Origin: an uncultured Anaerolineales bacterium | GTDB lineage: Bacteria; Chloroflexota; Anaerolineae; Anaerolineales; UBA11858 | Direction: 5' to 3' | Assembly: GCA_964448865.1 (NCBI GenBank) | Contig: CAYUXO010000002.1 | Location: forward strand, 11,602 to 75,601 | DNA: 64,000 nucleotides | Shown here: piece by piece, positions 9,633 to 20,971 of the stretch | Position numbering within the stretch: the first letter of the stretch is position 1 | How the letters are laid out: the number at the start of each line of letters is the position of its first letter | Position numbers and translations under genes: made by a program | The notes under the pieces: model-generated | Told to the model about the DNA's origin: nothing | Seen by the model: the letters and a program-made list of their open reading frames with translations, nothing else | Databases searched by the model: none

Positions 9633-10479
9633 TCTGCTTTTCACTCCCCTTCAATATAGCTTTATGGTCCGGGGAATTACCGCCGCTGTGCTGACTGGAA
9701 TTGTTTGCGCCGTGGTGGGCGTTTATGTGGTAATCCGCGGCATGGCATTTTTTGGCGACGCACTGGCGCATTCGATCCTGCCCGGTGTTGCAGTAGGTTA
9801 TTTAGTGACAGGAGGCGCCAGGGAACCTCTTTTTTGGTGGGGAACAGGCACAGCCGTTATTGTTTCCCTGGCCATTGGAGCGATCAGCAAGGGCGCAAAA
9901 ATCAAACAGGACACCGCTATCGGAATTATATTTGCGGGCATGTTTGCCCTGGGAATCGCCATCATATCCACTATGAAAAGCTACACGGTGGACCTGACCC
10001 ATTTCCTATTTGGTAATGTGCTGGGAATTTCTGGAAATCAATTATTGATCATTGCCATCTTCAGCGTTTTGATCATTTTGCTGGTGATCGCTTTTTATAA
10101 GGAATTCCTGGTGTTGACGTTTGACCCCATCCTGGCGACCACACTGAGAATACCCGTCCGTTTTTTCGAATACCTTCAGCTGGTGTTGATCGCCTTGGCA
10201 ATCTCGGTGTCTTTCCAGGCTGTGGGAGTGGCTCTGATGGTTGCCATGCTGGTCACACCAGCTGCTGCAGCTTATCTGCTGACCAAACGGCTGCCGATCA
10301 TGATGATCCTGGCCGCAACCATCGCCTCGCTCTCTGGTGTGGCCGGCTTGTATTTGTCGTATTACATCAATGTGGCTTCCGGCCCAGCTATCGTACTGGT
10401 GGCAACCTTGATATTCGTGATCGCCTGGGTTATTAAATCACTTAGAAGGAAAAGGACCCCATCGGCTCACTTAGCTTGA
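9619..10479 (+). CDS. znuB: Metal ABC transporter permease (ABC-3 family)
   Basis: Polytopic protein. ATG 9619 overlaps the ATPase stop by 14 nt; the ORF-track start at 9493 lies inside the ATPase gene. Confidence 0.75.
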   Translation: MNLIDLLFTPLQYSFMVRGITAAVLTGIVCAVVGVYVVIRGMAFFGDALAHSILPGVAVGYLVTGGAREPLFWWGTGTAVIVSLAIGAISKGAKIKQDTAIGIIFAGMFALGIAIISTMKSYTVDLTHFLFGNVLGISGNQLLIIAIFSVLIILLVIAFYKEFLVLTFDPILATTLRIPVRFFEYLQLVLIALAISVSFQAVGVALMVAMLVTPAAAAYLLTKRLPIMMILAATIASLSGVAGLYLSYYINVASGPAIVLVATLIFVIAWVIKSLRRKRTPSAHLA

Positions 10480-10793
10480 TGGTTGGTTTCCCAAATATTG
10501 TAGATCACACCAAAGGGATCCCGGATGTAACAATCCTGGCCTTTTCCCCGCCAGCGGACGACTTCACACCCATTCTTGACCTGTTCTTTCCTGGCTTCTT
10601 CCAGATCCTCTACAAATAACTCCAGCACGACACCGCTCATTTCCAGGTCCTCGATCACAAACATATTCAGGGAATGGGCATCAAAATCTCCCAGATCCGG
10701 GTCATTGGACCGATTCTCAAAACCAAATGCCCTGGAATAAAAATCCACTGCCTCTTGAAATCTGTCTGTCCTCACAGCAATATTCGGGCCCAC
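10467..10793 (-). CDS. Glyoxalase/VOC-family protein
   Basis: Small beta-alpha-beta-beta-beta-like sequence (FYSRAFGFE...VVLELFV). Convergent with the permease and overlaps its end by 13 nt. Confidence 0.5.
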   Translation of the reverse strand: MGPNIAVRTDRFQEAVDFYSRAFGFENRSNDPDLGDFDAHSLNMFVIEDLEMSGVVLELFVEDLEEARKEQVKNGCEVVRWRGKGQDCYIRDPFGVIYNIWETNHQAK

Positions 10794-11123
10794 TTTTATT
10801 TTTATGGGTTCTCGCTTTTAGGATAAATAATATTGATCTGTCCTATTCCAATAGTTACAGCGTCTCTTTCGGATTTCCTGCGCAAACCCTTGGTCGGCTT
10901 TTTGGATTGGATAGTAATCAGTCCGTGCATTCAATTTCCCTGCTTGAATATTGATGCGCATAACGATCTCTCAGATTTAGCTGTGCCTTATGAGGTTTAT
11001 ATCGTTTTCCTATGATTATTGTCCCCAATTGCTCGTAAAAGTGACATAGCTGGAAGGTAATTAGTGATATACTATGAAAAAGTAATATATACATAGAAAT
11101 ACATATAATTTATAAGGGCTGGT

Positions 11124-11786
11124 ATGGATCACAAAATGCGCAGGGATAAAACTGAATGGATGCTATTGGGTGAAGCGGCAGATCATCTTGGGGTTCATTT
11201 TACAACGCTAAGGCGATGGTCAGATGCAAGCGAAATTCCTTGTTTTAAAACACCTGGTGGATGGAGGCGGTATAAAAGATCTGATTTGGATACATTCCTT
11301 AATCAATCCCAGGAAGGTGCGGAATTAGCACTCGTACCGGCAATGAGTGAGCAAGCAAAACCGGAAATTATCAGAGAGATTAAACAACTGGGATTGCGAA
11401 ATGAACCCTGGTACGGGCAAATCTCCCAGGAGCATCAGCAGCTGATGGCTAGAAGCGGCAGGAAATTGATTGGAGCATTGATGCAGTATGCCAGCCGAAG
11501 TGAAGGGGGCGACGCGTATATTCAACAAGGCAAAGAACTGGCCGAAGAGTATGGACAAATATGTCAGTTATCGGGTTTGTCTGAAATACAAACTCTGCAG
11601 ACCTTTGTGAATATCCGCCATTCGATTGTCGATTCCTTCTGTGAGGCGGGCATGATTGTCCAGGATTCCGGAGAAGACACCTGGAATATTTATCGGCGAG
11701 TGAATAATTTCCTGGACACGGTCATGCTCACCATGCTGGAATCATTTCAGACAGGATCCTCTGGATTATCTTATTCCTTTGAATAA
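11124..11786 (+). CDS. Excisionase/MerR-type HTH protein with helical C-terminal domain
   Basis: LLGEAADHLGVHFTTLRRWSDASEIPCFKTPGGWRRYKRSDLDTFL is an excisionase-family HTH. The C-terminal ~130 aa are unassigned. Confidence 0.55.
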   Translation: MDHKMRRDKTEWMLLGEAADHLGVHFTTLRRWSDASEIPCFKTPGGWRRYKRSDLDTFLNQSQEGAELALVPAMSEQAKPEIIREIKQLGLRNEPWYGQISQEHQQLMARSGRKLIGALMQYASRSEGGDAYIQQGKELAEEYGQICQLSGLSEIQTLQTFVNIRHSIVDSFCEAGMIVQDSGEDTWNIYRRVNNFLDTVMLTMLESFQTGSSGLSYSFE

Positions 11787-12034
11787 AGAACCGGACTCAA
11801 TAATTGGTTATCAAAGGCCTCAGTGCCGTTGATGATATTTATTGATGTCTGGCCAGAGATACCAAGGATTATCGTGGTATGTACCGGGATGAACAGAGGA
11901 AACAGGAATTAATCAGGTGTTAACAAATAAATGCTGCCGTAGTCCACTCTGGGCTGGTAAATACAAACCTGTGTAATAGTTCATCCAAGTGATTTTGTGA
12001 TTTACCCGTAATACTAATTTTTGTTCGAGGAAAT

Positions 12035-13333
12035 ATGCGACTACACTGTTTAGGTCTAAATCACCGCACTGCAGAAATTGAAATCAGGGAAAAACTGGCC
12101 TTCGAAGCTGATCAAATTGAGGAGTTTTGGGGGCATTTGCAAAAAACAACCGAAGGATTCCTTAGTGAGTTGGTAGTTTTATCAACTTGCAACAGAGTTG
12201 AGATTTATGCGGTTTCCGTACAACCAAATTTTGGAGAATTGGAACAAGCCCTGTTAAAATACCGCAATTTAGAGATCGAGCATGTTCAGGGGCTCTTTTA
12301 TCGATTTGTAGATGAGCAGGTTATAAGCCATTTGATGCGAGTGTCAGCTGGGTTGGATTCTATGGTATTGGGGGAACCGCAGATTTTAGGACAGGTGACA
12401 GATGCTTATAAGATAAGCTTAGGGATAAATGCTTGCGGGAAGGTTTTATCAAAATTATTTCAAAGTGCAATTCGGGCTGGAAAACGTGTCCGGACTGAAA
12501 CTGGTATCAGCAAGGACTCTGTTTCAATTTCTTCCCTGGCTGCGAATATGGCAGAGCAGGCAGTCAGCGATCTCCACGGAGTTCAAATAACTTTGTTGGG
12601 GGCAGGTGAAATGGCTGAACTCGCGGTAGAAGCATTAAAGAAACGGGGAGTAAATAAATTTGGTGTTATCAGTCGGACAATAAGCAGTGCTTGCAGTTTG
12701 GCGGAGAAATGGGATGGACAGGCAGGGACGATGGAAAATCTTTCCGGGGCTTTAGAGGTCACCGACATATTAATCACTTCAACCAGCGCACCGCACACTC
12801 TTATTCATAGGGGGATGATTGAACAGGTAATGGCAGAGCGCAAAGAACGCCCAATGGTTATTATTGATATCGCGGTTCCCCGTGATGTTTCCCCAGATGT
12901 CAGCCTGGTTGAAAACGTTAGTCTATATGATATAGACGATTTAAATCAAGGCGTTGAAAAAGCAATCGAAAACCGCGAAAATGAAATCCCTAAGGTAGAA
13001 AAAATCATTGATGAAGAATATCAGCACTACAAAGAGTATTTTGCGACATTAAATGTTGTCCCGGTTATTGTTGAAATGAGGCAGTATGCGGATTCGATTC
13101 GGCAAAACGAACTAGAGAAGACATTGCGGAAATTAAAAGGTTTGCATCCAGAAGACAAGGAACACATCAAAGCCTTAACTCACTCAATTGTCCAAAAAAT
13201 CCTGCATGGGCCAACTATTTGTTTGCGTGAAGAAGCAAATGGCCCAAACGGGGAACGATATGCAAACGCTGCCAGCGAATTATTTGGCTTGAATGGTATG
13301 AATGAACCGAGTAAGGCAACCAGAGATGACTAA
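12035..13333 (+). CDS. hemA: Glutamyl-tRNA reductase
   Basis: LGLNHRTAEIEIREKLAF, catalytic LSTCNRVEIY and an NADPH-binding GAGEMAE region. Confidence 0.9.
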   Translation: MRLHCLGLNHRTAEIEIREKLAFEADQIEEFWGHLQKTTEGFLSELVVLSTCNRVEIYAVSVQPNFGELEQALLKYRNLEIEHVQGLFYRFVDEQVISHLMRVSAGLDSMVLGEPQILGQVTDAYKISLGINACGKVLSKLFQSAIRAGKRVRTETGISKDSVSISSLAANMAEQAVSDLHGVQITLLGAGEMAELAVEALKKRGVNKFGVISRTISSACSLAEKWDGQAGTMENLSGALEVTDILITSTSAPHTLIHRGMIEQVMAERKERPMVIIDIAVPRDVSPDVSLVENVSLYDIDDLNQGVEKAIENRENEIPKVEKIIDEEYQHYKEYFATLNVVPVIVEMRQYADSIRQNELEKTLRKLKGLHPEDKEHIKALTHSIVQKILHGPTICLREEANGPNGERYANAASELFGLNGMNEPSKATRDD

Positions 13334-14231
13334 GATTGTTTTTGCTACCAGGCCATCAAAGCTTGCACGCTGGCAAACAAATTATGTAATCCAGTTACTG
13401 CAGCAAGCTGTGCCAGACTTGGTTTGTGAAGTAATTGTGATCACTACCAGGGGAGATAAAGAGCTAGATAAACCCTTGCCGGAAATTGGCGGAAAGGGTT
13501 TGTTCACTCAAGAATTGGAGGCTGAATTATTGTCCGGGCATGTGTGCGCTGCTGTCCACTCTTTGAAGGATCTCCCTGTGGAAAATACGTTTGGGTTGAC
13601 CGTTGGTGCCATCCCCGGTCGAGTGGATCCAAGGGATGTGTTGGTTTGCCCCCAATCCTGTTCGCTGGAGGAGCTGCCTTCAGGTGCTGTAGTAGGGACT
13701 TCAAGTTTACGGAGGCAGGCTCAGGTTCTGCATCACCGGCCAGATTTGAAGATTGAGTCAATTCGCGGCAATGTAGATACCCGTATTCGTAAAGTGGAAG
13801 AGGGGCAATATGATGCGGCAGTGATGGCTGGAGCTGGAATCACTCGATTGGGTCTGGACAAACATATTGCGACCTGGCTGCCATTTTTCATAATGCTTCC
13901 CGCGCCAGGACAGGGGGCGCTTGGAATCCAATGCAAAGCGGATGATAAAACTACCTTAGCAATATTAAAGAAAATCAGCGATATCGATACAACCAAATCA
14001 GTTCGTGCTGAAAGAGCCTTTCTGCTGGCGCTGGGAGGAGGCTGCTCGATTCCGGTCGGTGCGCATGCTGTGATAAAGAATGAAGTAATCGTTATGCATG
14101 GATTGGTGGCTTCGACAGATGGATCACGGGTTCTTGAGGTTAGCGGACAAGGGGAAGAGCCGTTGGCCTTGGGTGAACTGTTAGCACGAAAGGCATTATC
14201 TCAGGGGGCCGGAGAGTTACTAAATGACTAG
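13326..14231 (+). CDS. hemC: Hydroxymethylbilane synthase (porphobilinogen deaminase)
   Basis: TRPSKLARWQT, GNVDTRIRK and cofactor Cys in LGGGCSIPVG. ATG 13326 overlaps the hemA stop. Confidence 0.9.
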   Translation: MTKIVFATRPSKLARWQTNYVIQLLQQAVPDLVCEVIVITTRGDKELDKPLPEIGGKGLFTQELEAELLSGHVCAAVHSLKDLPVENTFGLTVGAIPGRVDPRDVLVCPQSCSLEELPSGAVVGTSSLRRQAQVLHHRPDLKIESIRGNVDTRIRKVEEGQYDAAVMAGAGITRLGLDKHIATWLPFFIMLPAPGQGALGIQCKADDKTTLAILKKISDIDTTKSVRAERAFLLALGGGCSIPVGAHAVIKNEVIVMHGLVASTDGSRVLEVSGQGEEPLALGELLARKALSQGAGELLND

Positions 14232-15003
14232 TTTATCCGGAAAGAAAGTGGTGGTTACCAGACCTGAAGCCCAAAACAAGAGATTTGTTGAAAAGCTGGT
14301 AAATTTGGGAGCTAATACAATTTGTCTGCCAGTGATCGAAATGTCTCCGGTAGCGGATCCACAAGAATTAGATCTGGTATTGAAGCGATTAGATCAGTAT
14401 GATTGGTTGGTGCTAACCAGTGTAAATGGAGTGGCAGCGGTCTGGGAACGTTTAGAAGCCTTAGATGTTCAAAAATTACCTAAAAGGCTTAAGATAGCCT
14501 GCATTGGACCCAAAACTGCCGCGTCTTTAAATGAAAAAGGATATCAGGCGGATTTTGTGCCCGAGGAATACATTGCCGAAGCGATCCTGCCCGGCCTGGG
14601 AGATTTGGAGGGGCTAAAAGTGCTGTTGGCACGAGCAGATATTGCGCGTCCCGATTTACCAGAGGAAATCAGGACGGGAGGAGGGATAGCTGATGACATA
14701 TGTGCTTACCGCACAATACCCGCCAAACCCGACAGGAAAAGCATAGAGGCAGTGGCAGAGGGAGTGGATTTACTCACATTCACCAGTCCTTCAACTGTTG
14801 AGAATTTTTTTCAGATACTCTTGTCTGAGGGTTTGGATCCCCTGAAACTGCCTGGTGATCCTGTAGTTGCCTGTATCGGACCAATTACTGCCAGGGCGGC
14901 GGAAATGAACGAATATCAAGTTAAGATAATTCCCGAAGAGTACACAATAGAAGGATTATTATGGGCAATGGAAGATTATTTTATGGAGAAGATCAATGAG
15001 TAA
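14224..15003 (+). CDS. hemD: Uroporphyrinogen-III synthase
   Basis: HemD-size two-lobe protein (VVVTRP...LVLTSVNGV...FTSPSTV). Sits between hemC and hemB and overlaps both. Confidence 0.8.
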   Translation: MTSLSGKKVVVTRPEAQNKRFVEKLVNLGANTICLPVIEMSPVADPQELDLVLKRLDQYDWLVLTSVNGVAAVWERLEALDVQKLPKRLKIACIGPKTAASLNEKGYQADFVPEEYIAEAILPGLGDLEGLKVLLARADIARPDLPEEIRTGGGIADDICAYRTIPAKPDRKSIEAVAEGVDLLTFTSPSTVENFFQILLSEGLDPLKLPGDPVVACIGPITARAAEMNEYQVKIIPEEYTIEGLLWAMEDYFMEKINE

Positions 15004-16021
15004 AAGTAATCTGCCTTCATTTCCTATTTCAAGACCCAGGCGGTTAAGGAGCAGTGAAAATTTACGGGCGATGGTCCGCGAAACGGAATTGAGACCGACT
15101 GATTTTATTTATCCTTTATTCGTAAGGCACGGAAAAGATATCCAAAAAGAAATTAGTTCTATGCCGGGGAACTACCAATGGTCTGTAGATAAACTTGCCA
15201 GGGAAGCGAGAGACATTGCTGATTTGGGGATACCAGCTGTAATTTTGTTTGGGATACCAGCTGAAAAAGATCCTGTTGGAGTGGAAAATTTCGCCCCTGA
15301 TGGGATTGTCCAGCAGGCCATTCAAGAGATCAAGGCTGCAGTTCCGGAATTGGTCGTTATTACCGACGTTTGCCTGTGTGAATATACAGATCATGGCCAT
15401 TGTGGGATTTTAAACCGGGGGGAATATTTATCTTCTACTTTCCCAAATGATTATATGCTCAACGATCCAACCCTGGAGATATTAGACAAAGTTGCGGTGT
15501 CTCATGCTCAAGCAGGCGCAGATATTGTTGCACCCAGCGGGATGATGGATGGTATGGTGAGAACGATTCGGGCTGCCTTGGATAATGAAGGGTATGTAAA
15601 TCTACCTATTCTGTCCTATGCGGTTAAATATGCATCAGCTTATTATGGGCCATTTCGAGACGCGGCTGAATCCCCACCCAGCTTTGGGGATCGAAAATCT
15701 CACCAAATGGATCCTGCGAACAGCCGTGAGGCTCTAAAGGAAGCAGCTATAGACGTAGCGGAAGGGGCAGACATGCTGATGGTAAAACCAGCTTTGCCTT
15801 ATTTAGATATTATCTATCGAGTAAAGACGGCCTACCCTGAAATACCTTTAGCGGCTTATAACGTCAGCGGTGAGTTCAGTATGCTGAAAGCTGCGGCAGC
15901 GAAAGGGTGGGTAGATGAAGAAAACGTGATCCTGGAAACACTGACCAGCATCAAGCGTGCTGGAGCTGATTTGATTTTAACGTATCATGCCAAAGAAGCC
16001 TCTCGCTGGCTGAATGGCTGA
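14996..16021 (+). CDS. hemB: Porphobilinogen synthase (ALA dehydratase), Zn-type
   Basis: RPRRLR, Cys-rich Zn site [14 protein letters not shown] and the active-site Lys region MVKPA. Confidence 0.9.
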   Translation: MSKSNLPSFPISRPRRLRSSENLRAMVRETELRPTDFIYPLFVRHGKDIQKEISSMPGNYQWSVDKLAREARDIADLGIPAVILFGIPAEKDPVGVENFAPDGIVQQAIQEIKAAVPELVVITDVCLCEYTDHGHCGILNRGEYLSSTFPNDYMLNDPTLEILDKVAVSHAQAGADIVAPSGMMDGMVRTIRAALDNEGYVNLPILSYAVKYASAYYGPFRDAAESPPSFGDRKSHQMDPANSREALKEAAIDVAEGADMLMVKPALPYLDIIYRVKTAYPEIPLAAYNVSGEFSMLKAAAAKGWVDEENVILETLTSIKRAGADLILTYHAKEASRWLNG

Positions 16022-17198
16022 TGTTTTGATTGGAGAAAAGATGACAAAACCAACCCAGTTATCACATAATGCTGCTGCTGAAAGGCAGTATCATGACAAA
16101 CGAATGGTGGTTGCCGATTTTAATCAGGCTCCCTTCACAATTGCCTGGGAGGTCACTCGCGCTTGTGCTTTTGCCTGTGTGCACTGCCGGGCAGATGCAA
16201 TTCCTCAGCGCGATCCAGATGAATTGACCACTAAGGAAGCCTTTAATTTAATTGACCAGCTGACAGAATTTGGGAGTCCAATTCTGATCTTTACAGGTGG
16301 CGATCCTATGATGCGCCCGGACTTGTTCAAAATTATCGCTTATGCTACCGAAAAAGGCCTGCGATGTTCCTTGACCCCGACAGCAACGGCCTTGCCGACC
16401 TTGGAGAAATTGAAGCAAGCCAAAGAAGCCGGTATTCGACGGATTGCGCTAAGTCTGGATGCGCCAGGACCAGGAGTACATGATGAGTTTCGAAAAGTAG
16501 AGGGTTCCTGGCAAAGGACGATCGATATTTTGCTCCGGGCACAGGAAGCCGGACTGAGCGTTCAAGTCAATACGACAGTAACCAAGTTTAATGTCGATTT
16601 ACTGCCCGAGATGATTCCTTTCATTAAGAAAGTTGGGGCAGTGCAGTGGTCGGTGTTTTTTATGGTCCCTACTGGGCGGGCTCAGGCGAAGTACATGATC
16701 TCGGCAGAAAGACACGAGGAAGTATTTAATTGGCTTTATGATCTATCAAAAATCGCTCCCTTTGATATTAAAGGAACTGCCGCGCCAATGTACCGGCGGG
16801 TAGCGATCGAGCGTAAAAAAGCCGAGGTTGGCAACGGCGAAATAGTCACTTTTCAAGGAGCGGGATTCCAGTACGCCGATGGGTTGAACCGCCCTCGCAA
16901 GGGGGTTAATGATGGCAACGGATTCTTGTTTATCTCCCATATTGGAGAGATCCAGCCTTCTGGCTTTCTTCCTTTGACTGCCGGATACGTTCGAGAGGAT
17001 GATGTGGTTAAAGTTTACCGCGAACATCCAATTTTTACCGACTTACGTGATCCAAGGAAGCTCAAAGGAAAATGTGGTATTTGTGAGTACATAGATGTCT
17101 GCGGTGGTCAACGGGGACGCGCATACGGATTGACTGGAGATTATTTAGAAACAGATCCGGCATGTGTTTATACGCCGGCTGCAGAACGGAGGTTGTGA
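16014..17198 (+). CDS. Radical SAM/SPASM protein of the NirJ/AhbC/AhbD family
   Basis: [20 protein letters not shown] (Cx3Cx2C) and a C-terminal SPASM Cys cluster ([12 protein letters not shown]...DPAC). Embedded between hemB and hemE. An alternative start at 16041 has a GGAG RBS. Confidence 0.75.
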   Translation: MADVLIGEKMTKPTQLSHNAAAERQYHDKRMVVADFNQAPFTIAWEVTRACAFACVHCRADAIPQRDPDELTTKEAFNLIDQLTEFGSPILIFTGGDPMMRPDLFKIIAYATEKGLRCSLTPTATALPTLEKLKQAKEAGIRRIALSLDAPGPGVHDEFRKVEGSWQRTIDILLRAQEAGLSVQVNTTVTKFNVDLLPEMIPFIKKVGAVQWSVFFMVPTGRAQAKYMISAERHEEVFNWLYDLSKIAPFDIKGTAAPMYRRVAIERKKAEVGNGEIVTFQGAGFQYADGLNRPRKGVNDGNGFLFISHIGEIQPSGFLPLTAGYVREDDVVKVYREHPIFTDLRDPRKLKGKCGICEYIDVCGGQRGRAYGLTGDYLETDPACVYTPAAERRL

Positions 17199-17208
17199 GC
17201 AAAGAATT

Positions 17209-18246
17209 ATGAATGAGATAAAATCTCGGTTCTTGAGAGCCTGTCACCGTTTACCCGTCGATGCCACGCCTGTCTGGTTTATGCGCCAGGCCGGACGTTA
17301 CATGGCAGAGTACCGTGCTATCCGAGAAAAACTTACTTTATTGGAAATGGTCGAACGTCCGGAGATCGCGGCTGAAGTCACCCTCCAGCCTGTGGAAGCA
17401 CATGGGGTAGATGCTGCAATCCTTTTTGCTGATATCCTGCTGCCTGTAGTGCCTATGGGCTTCAACCTTAAGTTTGTAAAGGGTGAAGGCCCTAGAATTG
17501 ATAATCCGTTTCGTACTGAGGAAGACCTGAAGCGAATCCGGAAGATCAATGCAGTAACTGATCTAGGTCATGTAATGGAAGCAATTAAAATATTGCGGGA
17601 AGAACTCTCTGATGAAGTTGCTTTGATCGGGTTTTCTGGCGCGCCATTTACGGTAGCTTCTTATATTATCGAAGGTGGTCCGTCGAAAGAATACCACCAT
17701 GTTAAATCATTGATGTATGCTTACCCAGAAGTTTGGGGAGAGTTCATGAGCCTGGTGGCAGATACCTTGACAGATTACCTGGTCTCCCAGATTGATGCTG
17801 GCGCACAGGCTGTGCAAGTATTTGATTCCTGGGTGGGGGTGCTTTGCCCGAGTGATTATCAGCAATACGTACTACCCTATTCCCGAAAGATGATCCAGGC
17901 AGCAAAAGCGAAAGATGTGCCTGTGATCCATTTTGGTACCAATACAACCACCTTGCTGCCGCTGATGAAAAAAGCTGGGGGTGATGTAATTGGCCTGGAT
18001 TGGCGTATTCCCTTAGATGAGGGCTGGAAGCTGTTGGGCGAGGATGTGGCCGTACAAGGCAACCTTGACCCGATCGCGCTCTTTTCTCCCCGGGAAGTGT
18101 TGGGGGGGAAAGTAAAGGATGTGTTAGATCGAGCAGATGGAAGACCAGGGCACATTTTCAACCTTGGGCACGGCATCTCTCAATTTACAAATCCAGATCA
18201 GGTTAAAACCGTCGTGGAGATGGTTCATGATTGGACGGCAAAATGA
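17209..18246 (+). CDS. hemE: Uroporphyrinogen decarboxylase
   Basis: PVWFMRQAGRYMAEYR signature. ATG 17209 was chosen over the upstream extension that overlaps the radical-SAM gene. Confidence 0.9.
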   Translation: MNEIKSRFLRACHRLPVDATPVWFMRQAGRYMAEYRAIREKLTLLEMVERPEIAAEVTLQPVEAHGVDAAILFADILLPVVPMGFNLKFVKGEGPRIDNPFRTEEDLKRIRKINAVTDLGHVMEAIKILREELSDEVALIGFSGAPFTVASYIIEGGPSKEYHHVKSLMYAYPEVWGEFMSLVADTLTDYLVSQIDAGAQAVQVFDSWVGVLCPSDYQQYVLPYSRKMIQAAKAKDVPVIHFGTNTTTLLPLMKKAGGDVIGLDWRIPLDEGWKLLGEDVAVQGNLDPIALFSPREVLGGKVKDVLDRADGRPGHIFNLGHGISQFTNPDQVKTVVEMVHDWTAK

Positions 18247-19670
18247 ATATTGTCATTATTGGCGGTGGTATTGCCGGATTAGCAGCAGCCCATTATCTTG
18301 AGATAAAAGCACAAGAAAGCAGGAAACCGACCAATATAACCTTACTGGAAGCAGCAGATTATTGGGGCGGAAAGATTAAAACTGTTATTGAAGATGGTTT
18401 TGTGATTGAAGGCGGGCCAGACGCTTACCTGGTCACCAAACCATGGATGAGGGCTTTGTGTAGAGAATTGGGATTAGATAAAGAATTGCACGGCACCAGC
18501 CAGGAGCACACTGAAACCTTTATTTTGCATAGAGGCGAACTCACCTCAATCCCGACCGGATTGACCATGACGATCCCTACAGAATTTGGCCCTCTGTTGA
18601 AAACTAAGCTGCTCAGCCTTCCCCAGAAAGTCAGGATGAGTTTCGATTTCATCATCCCGCCAAACCGGGCTAACGAGGATGAAAGTCTGGCGGGGTTCAT
18701 ATCACGGCGGTTGGGAAGAGCTACTTATGATAATTTAATTGGGCCTTTACTTAGTGGGATCTATGCTGGAGATGGTGACCGTTTGAGTTTGCAATCTACG
18801 TTTCCAATTTTACGAGAAATGGAATTGGAATATGGGGGAATAATAAAAGGCGCTCTCGCACTGAAACTAAAACGCGCTTTGCTGGCAAAGAAACGAGCCA
18901 ATGGCAGTAAAGCTCCAAAATCCCACAGCATTTTTGAAACCCATAAACGCGGTTTGTCCATTATCGTGGACGCTTTGGTTGATTCTCTCAACAGTCGTGG
19001 AGTTCAACTAATATTAAATACGCCTGTTGTGCGGATCGAAAAATCCGGCGCCGGCTTTACTGTTTACAAACACGATGGCAGTTCAATGCCAGCAGATGCC
19101 GTTGTGATGGCTGCCCCTGCATATGCAGCTGCTGAATTGTTGTCTGATATTTCACCTGACTTAGCGAAAGAATTGGAGCAGGTTGAATACGTCACCACTG
19201 CAACGGTCACGCTAGCATATCATAAGAAAGACTTGCCAGCTTTAGAAGGGTACGGCTATATCATCCCGCAAAATGAAGACAGCAAGGCGTTGGCCTGTAC
19301 TTGGACATCGACCAAGTGGGAGGGGCGAGCACCTGATGATTACGCGCTATTGAGAGTGTTTGTTGGCCGGATTCAAGATGCAGAGCGATTGCCTGAAGAT
19401 GAAGCTGTTCTGATCAAGATGGCAAAAGATGAAGTTCTTCAAACAATGGGAATTGAAATTGAACCTGAACGAAGTTGGGTTTTTCGTTGGGAGAAGGCAA
19501 TGCCGCAGTATAACCTGGGCCACCCAGAACGATTGGAACGGATCGAAGCGATTATGAAAGAATATGCTAATTTAGTCCTGGCTGGTAACGGCTATCATGG
19601 TATTGGTCTGCCAGATTGCATCAACTCTGGAATCATGGCAGCAGAAAAGCTGATTCAAGTGAGAAAGTGA
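18243..19670 (+). CDS. hemY: FAD-dependent coproporphyrinogen/protoporphyrinogen oxidase (HemY/CgoX type)
   Basis: IVIIGGGIAGLAAAHYL dinucleotide fold and HemY length. ATGA overlap with the hemE stop. Confidence 0.85.
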   Translation: MNIVIIGGGIAGLAAAHYLEIKAQESRKPTNITLLEAADYWGGKIKTVIEDGFVIEGGPDAYLVTKPWMRALCRELGLDKELHGTSQEHTETFILHRGELTSIPTGLTMTIPTEFGPLLKTKLLSLPQKVRMSFDFIIPPNRANEDESLAGFISRRLGRATYDNLIGPLLSGIYAGDGDRLSLQSTFPILREMELEYGGIIKGALALKLKRALLAKKRANGSKAPKSHSIFETHKRGLSIIVDALVDSLNSRGVQLILNTPVVRIEKSGAGFTVYKHDGSSMPADAVVMAAPAYAAAELLSDISPDLAKELEQVEYVTTATVTLAYHKKDLPALEGYGYIIPQNEDSKALACTWTSTKWEGRAPDDYALLRVFVGRIQDAERLPEDEAVLIKMAKDEVLQTMGIEIEPERSWVFRWEKAMPQYNLGHPERLERIEAIMKEYANLVLAGNGYHGIGLPDCINSGIMAAEKLIQVRK

Positions 19671-19678
19671 GGGGATAA

Positions 19679-20971
19679 ATGGGAATCGATAAATCAATTC
19701 AGTTATTTGATAGAGCAAAAGAAATTCTACCTGGCGGCGTAAGTTCTCCGGTTCGGGCTTTCCGGGCGGTGGGTGGTCAGCCTCTGTTCATTGATCACGG
19801 CCAAGGTCCTTACTTATTTGATGTTGATGGTAACCGCTATATTGATTATGTGCTGTCATGGGGCCCATTGATCTTGGGCCATTCTCATCCAGAAATCGTC
19901 TCTGCTCTGCATGACACGCTTGAGAGTGGAACCAGCTTTGGTGCACCAAGTCCGTTGGAAATTAGACTGGCAGAATTAATTCAAACTTTTATGCCCCAAT
20001 TGGAAATGCTCCGCTTTGTAAACTCCGGCACTGAAGCTACAATGAGCGCCCTCCGGTTGGCAAGAGCCTTTACAAAGCGAGACAAGATTATTAAATTTGA
20101 AGGCTGCTACCACGGTCATGCAGATTTACTGCTGGTACAGGCTGGGTCTGGAGTGGTTACATTAGGATTACCGGATTCTCCCGGTGTACCTCCAGCAACA
20201 GTTCAAGATACCTTGGTTGCGCGATACAATGATTTAGATTCGGTTGAATCATTGTTCGAACAGTTCCCGGAAGAAATTGCTACTGTGATCGTTGAACCCG
20301 TTGCTGGGAATATGGGTGTTGTTCCGCCAGTACCGGGATTCCTTGAAGGCCTGCAGGCTATTACCAAAAAGTATAGCAGCTTATTGATCTTTGATGAGGT
20401 GATGACCGGATTCCGAGTACATCCCGGAGGCGCTCAAACGCTTTATGATATTCAACCCGACCTGACGACTTTGGGGAAAGTAATAGGAGGTGGCTTGCCG
20501 GTTGGCGCTTATGGGGGGCGGAAAGATATTATGGAACATATAGCACCAGCCGGATCTGTTTATCAGGCTGGAACTTTGTCAGGGAATCCCCTGGCAATGA
20601 CAGCTGGTATCACAACACTTGAAGTTTTGCAGCAGCCTGGCATTTGGGAGAAATTAGAAGAAGCTGTATCAAAACTTACCAAGGGGGTAGCGCAGATTGC
20701 AGTGGAAACAGGAATTACGATTAGGCAAACTGCAGTAGGAACGATGTTCTCTACCTTCTTTACAGAAAGCGAGATCAAAGATTGGCCGTCAGTCAAGACG
20801 TGTGACACTGAGCGATTCGGAAGGTTTTTTAGAAAAATGCTGGAAGAAGGAATTTACCTGGCACCATCGCAGTTTGAAGCTGGCTTTATGTCAACAGTGC
20901 ACGATCAAAAAACCATTGACAAGACACTTGAAGCTGTGGACAGAGTCTTCAGGACTTTAGTCAGCGAATAG
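19679..20971 (+). CDS. hemL: Glutamate-1-semialdehyde 2,1-aminomutase
   Basis: [10 protein letters not shown] and PLP-Lys region TLGKVIGGG. Confidence 0.9.
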   Translation: MGIDKSIQLFDRAKEILPGGVSSPVRAFRAVGGQPLFIDHGQGPYLFDVDGNRYIDYVLSWGPLILGHSHPEIVSALHDTLESGTSFGAPSPLEIRLAELIQTFMPQLEMLRFVNSGTEATMSALRLARAFTKRDKIIKFEGCYHGHADLLLVQAGSGVVTLGLPDSPGVPPATVQDTLVARYNDLDSVESLFEQFPEEIATVIVEPVAGNMGVVPPVPGFLEGLQAITKKYSSLLIFDEVMTGFRVHPGGAQTLYDIQPDLTTLGKVIGGGLPVGAYGGRKDIMEHIAPAGSVYQAGTLSGNPLAMTAGITTLEVLQQPGIWEKLEEAVSKLTKGVAQIAVETGITIRQTAVGTMFSTFFTESEIKDWPSVKTCDTERFGRFFRKMLEEGIYLAPSQFEAGFMSTVHDQKTIDKTLEAVDRVFRTLVSE

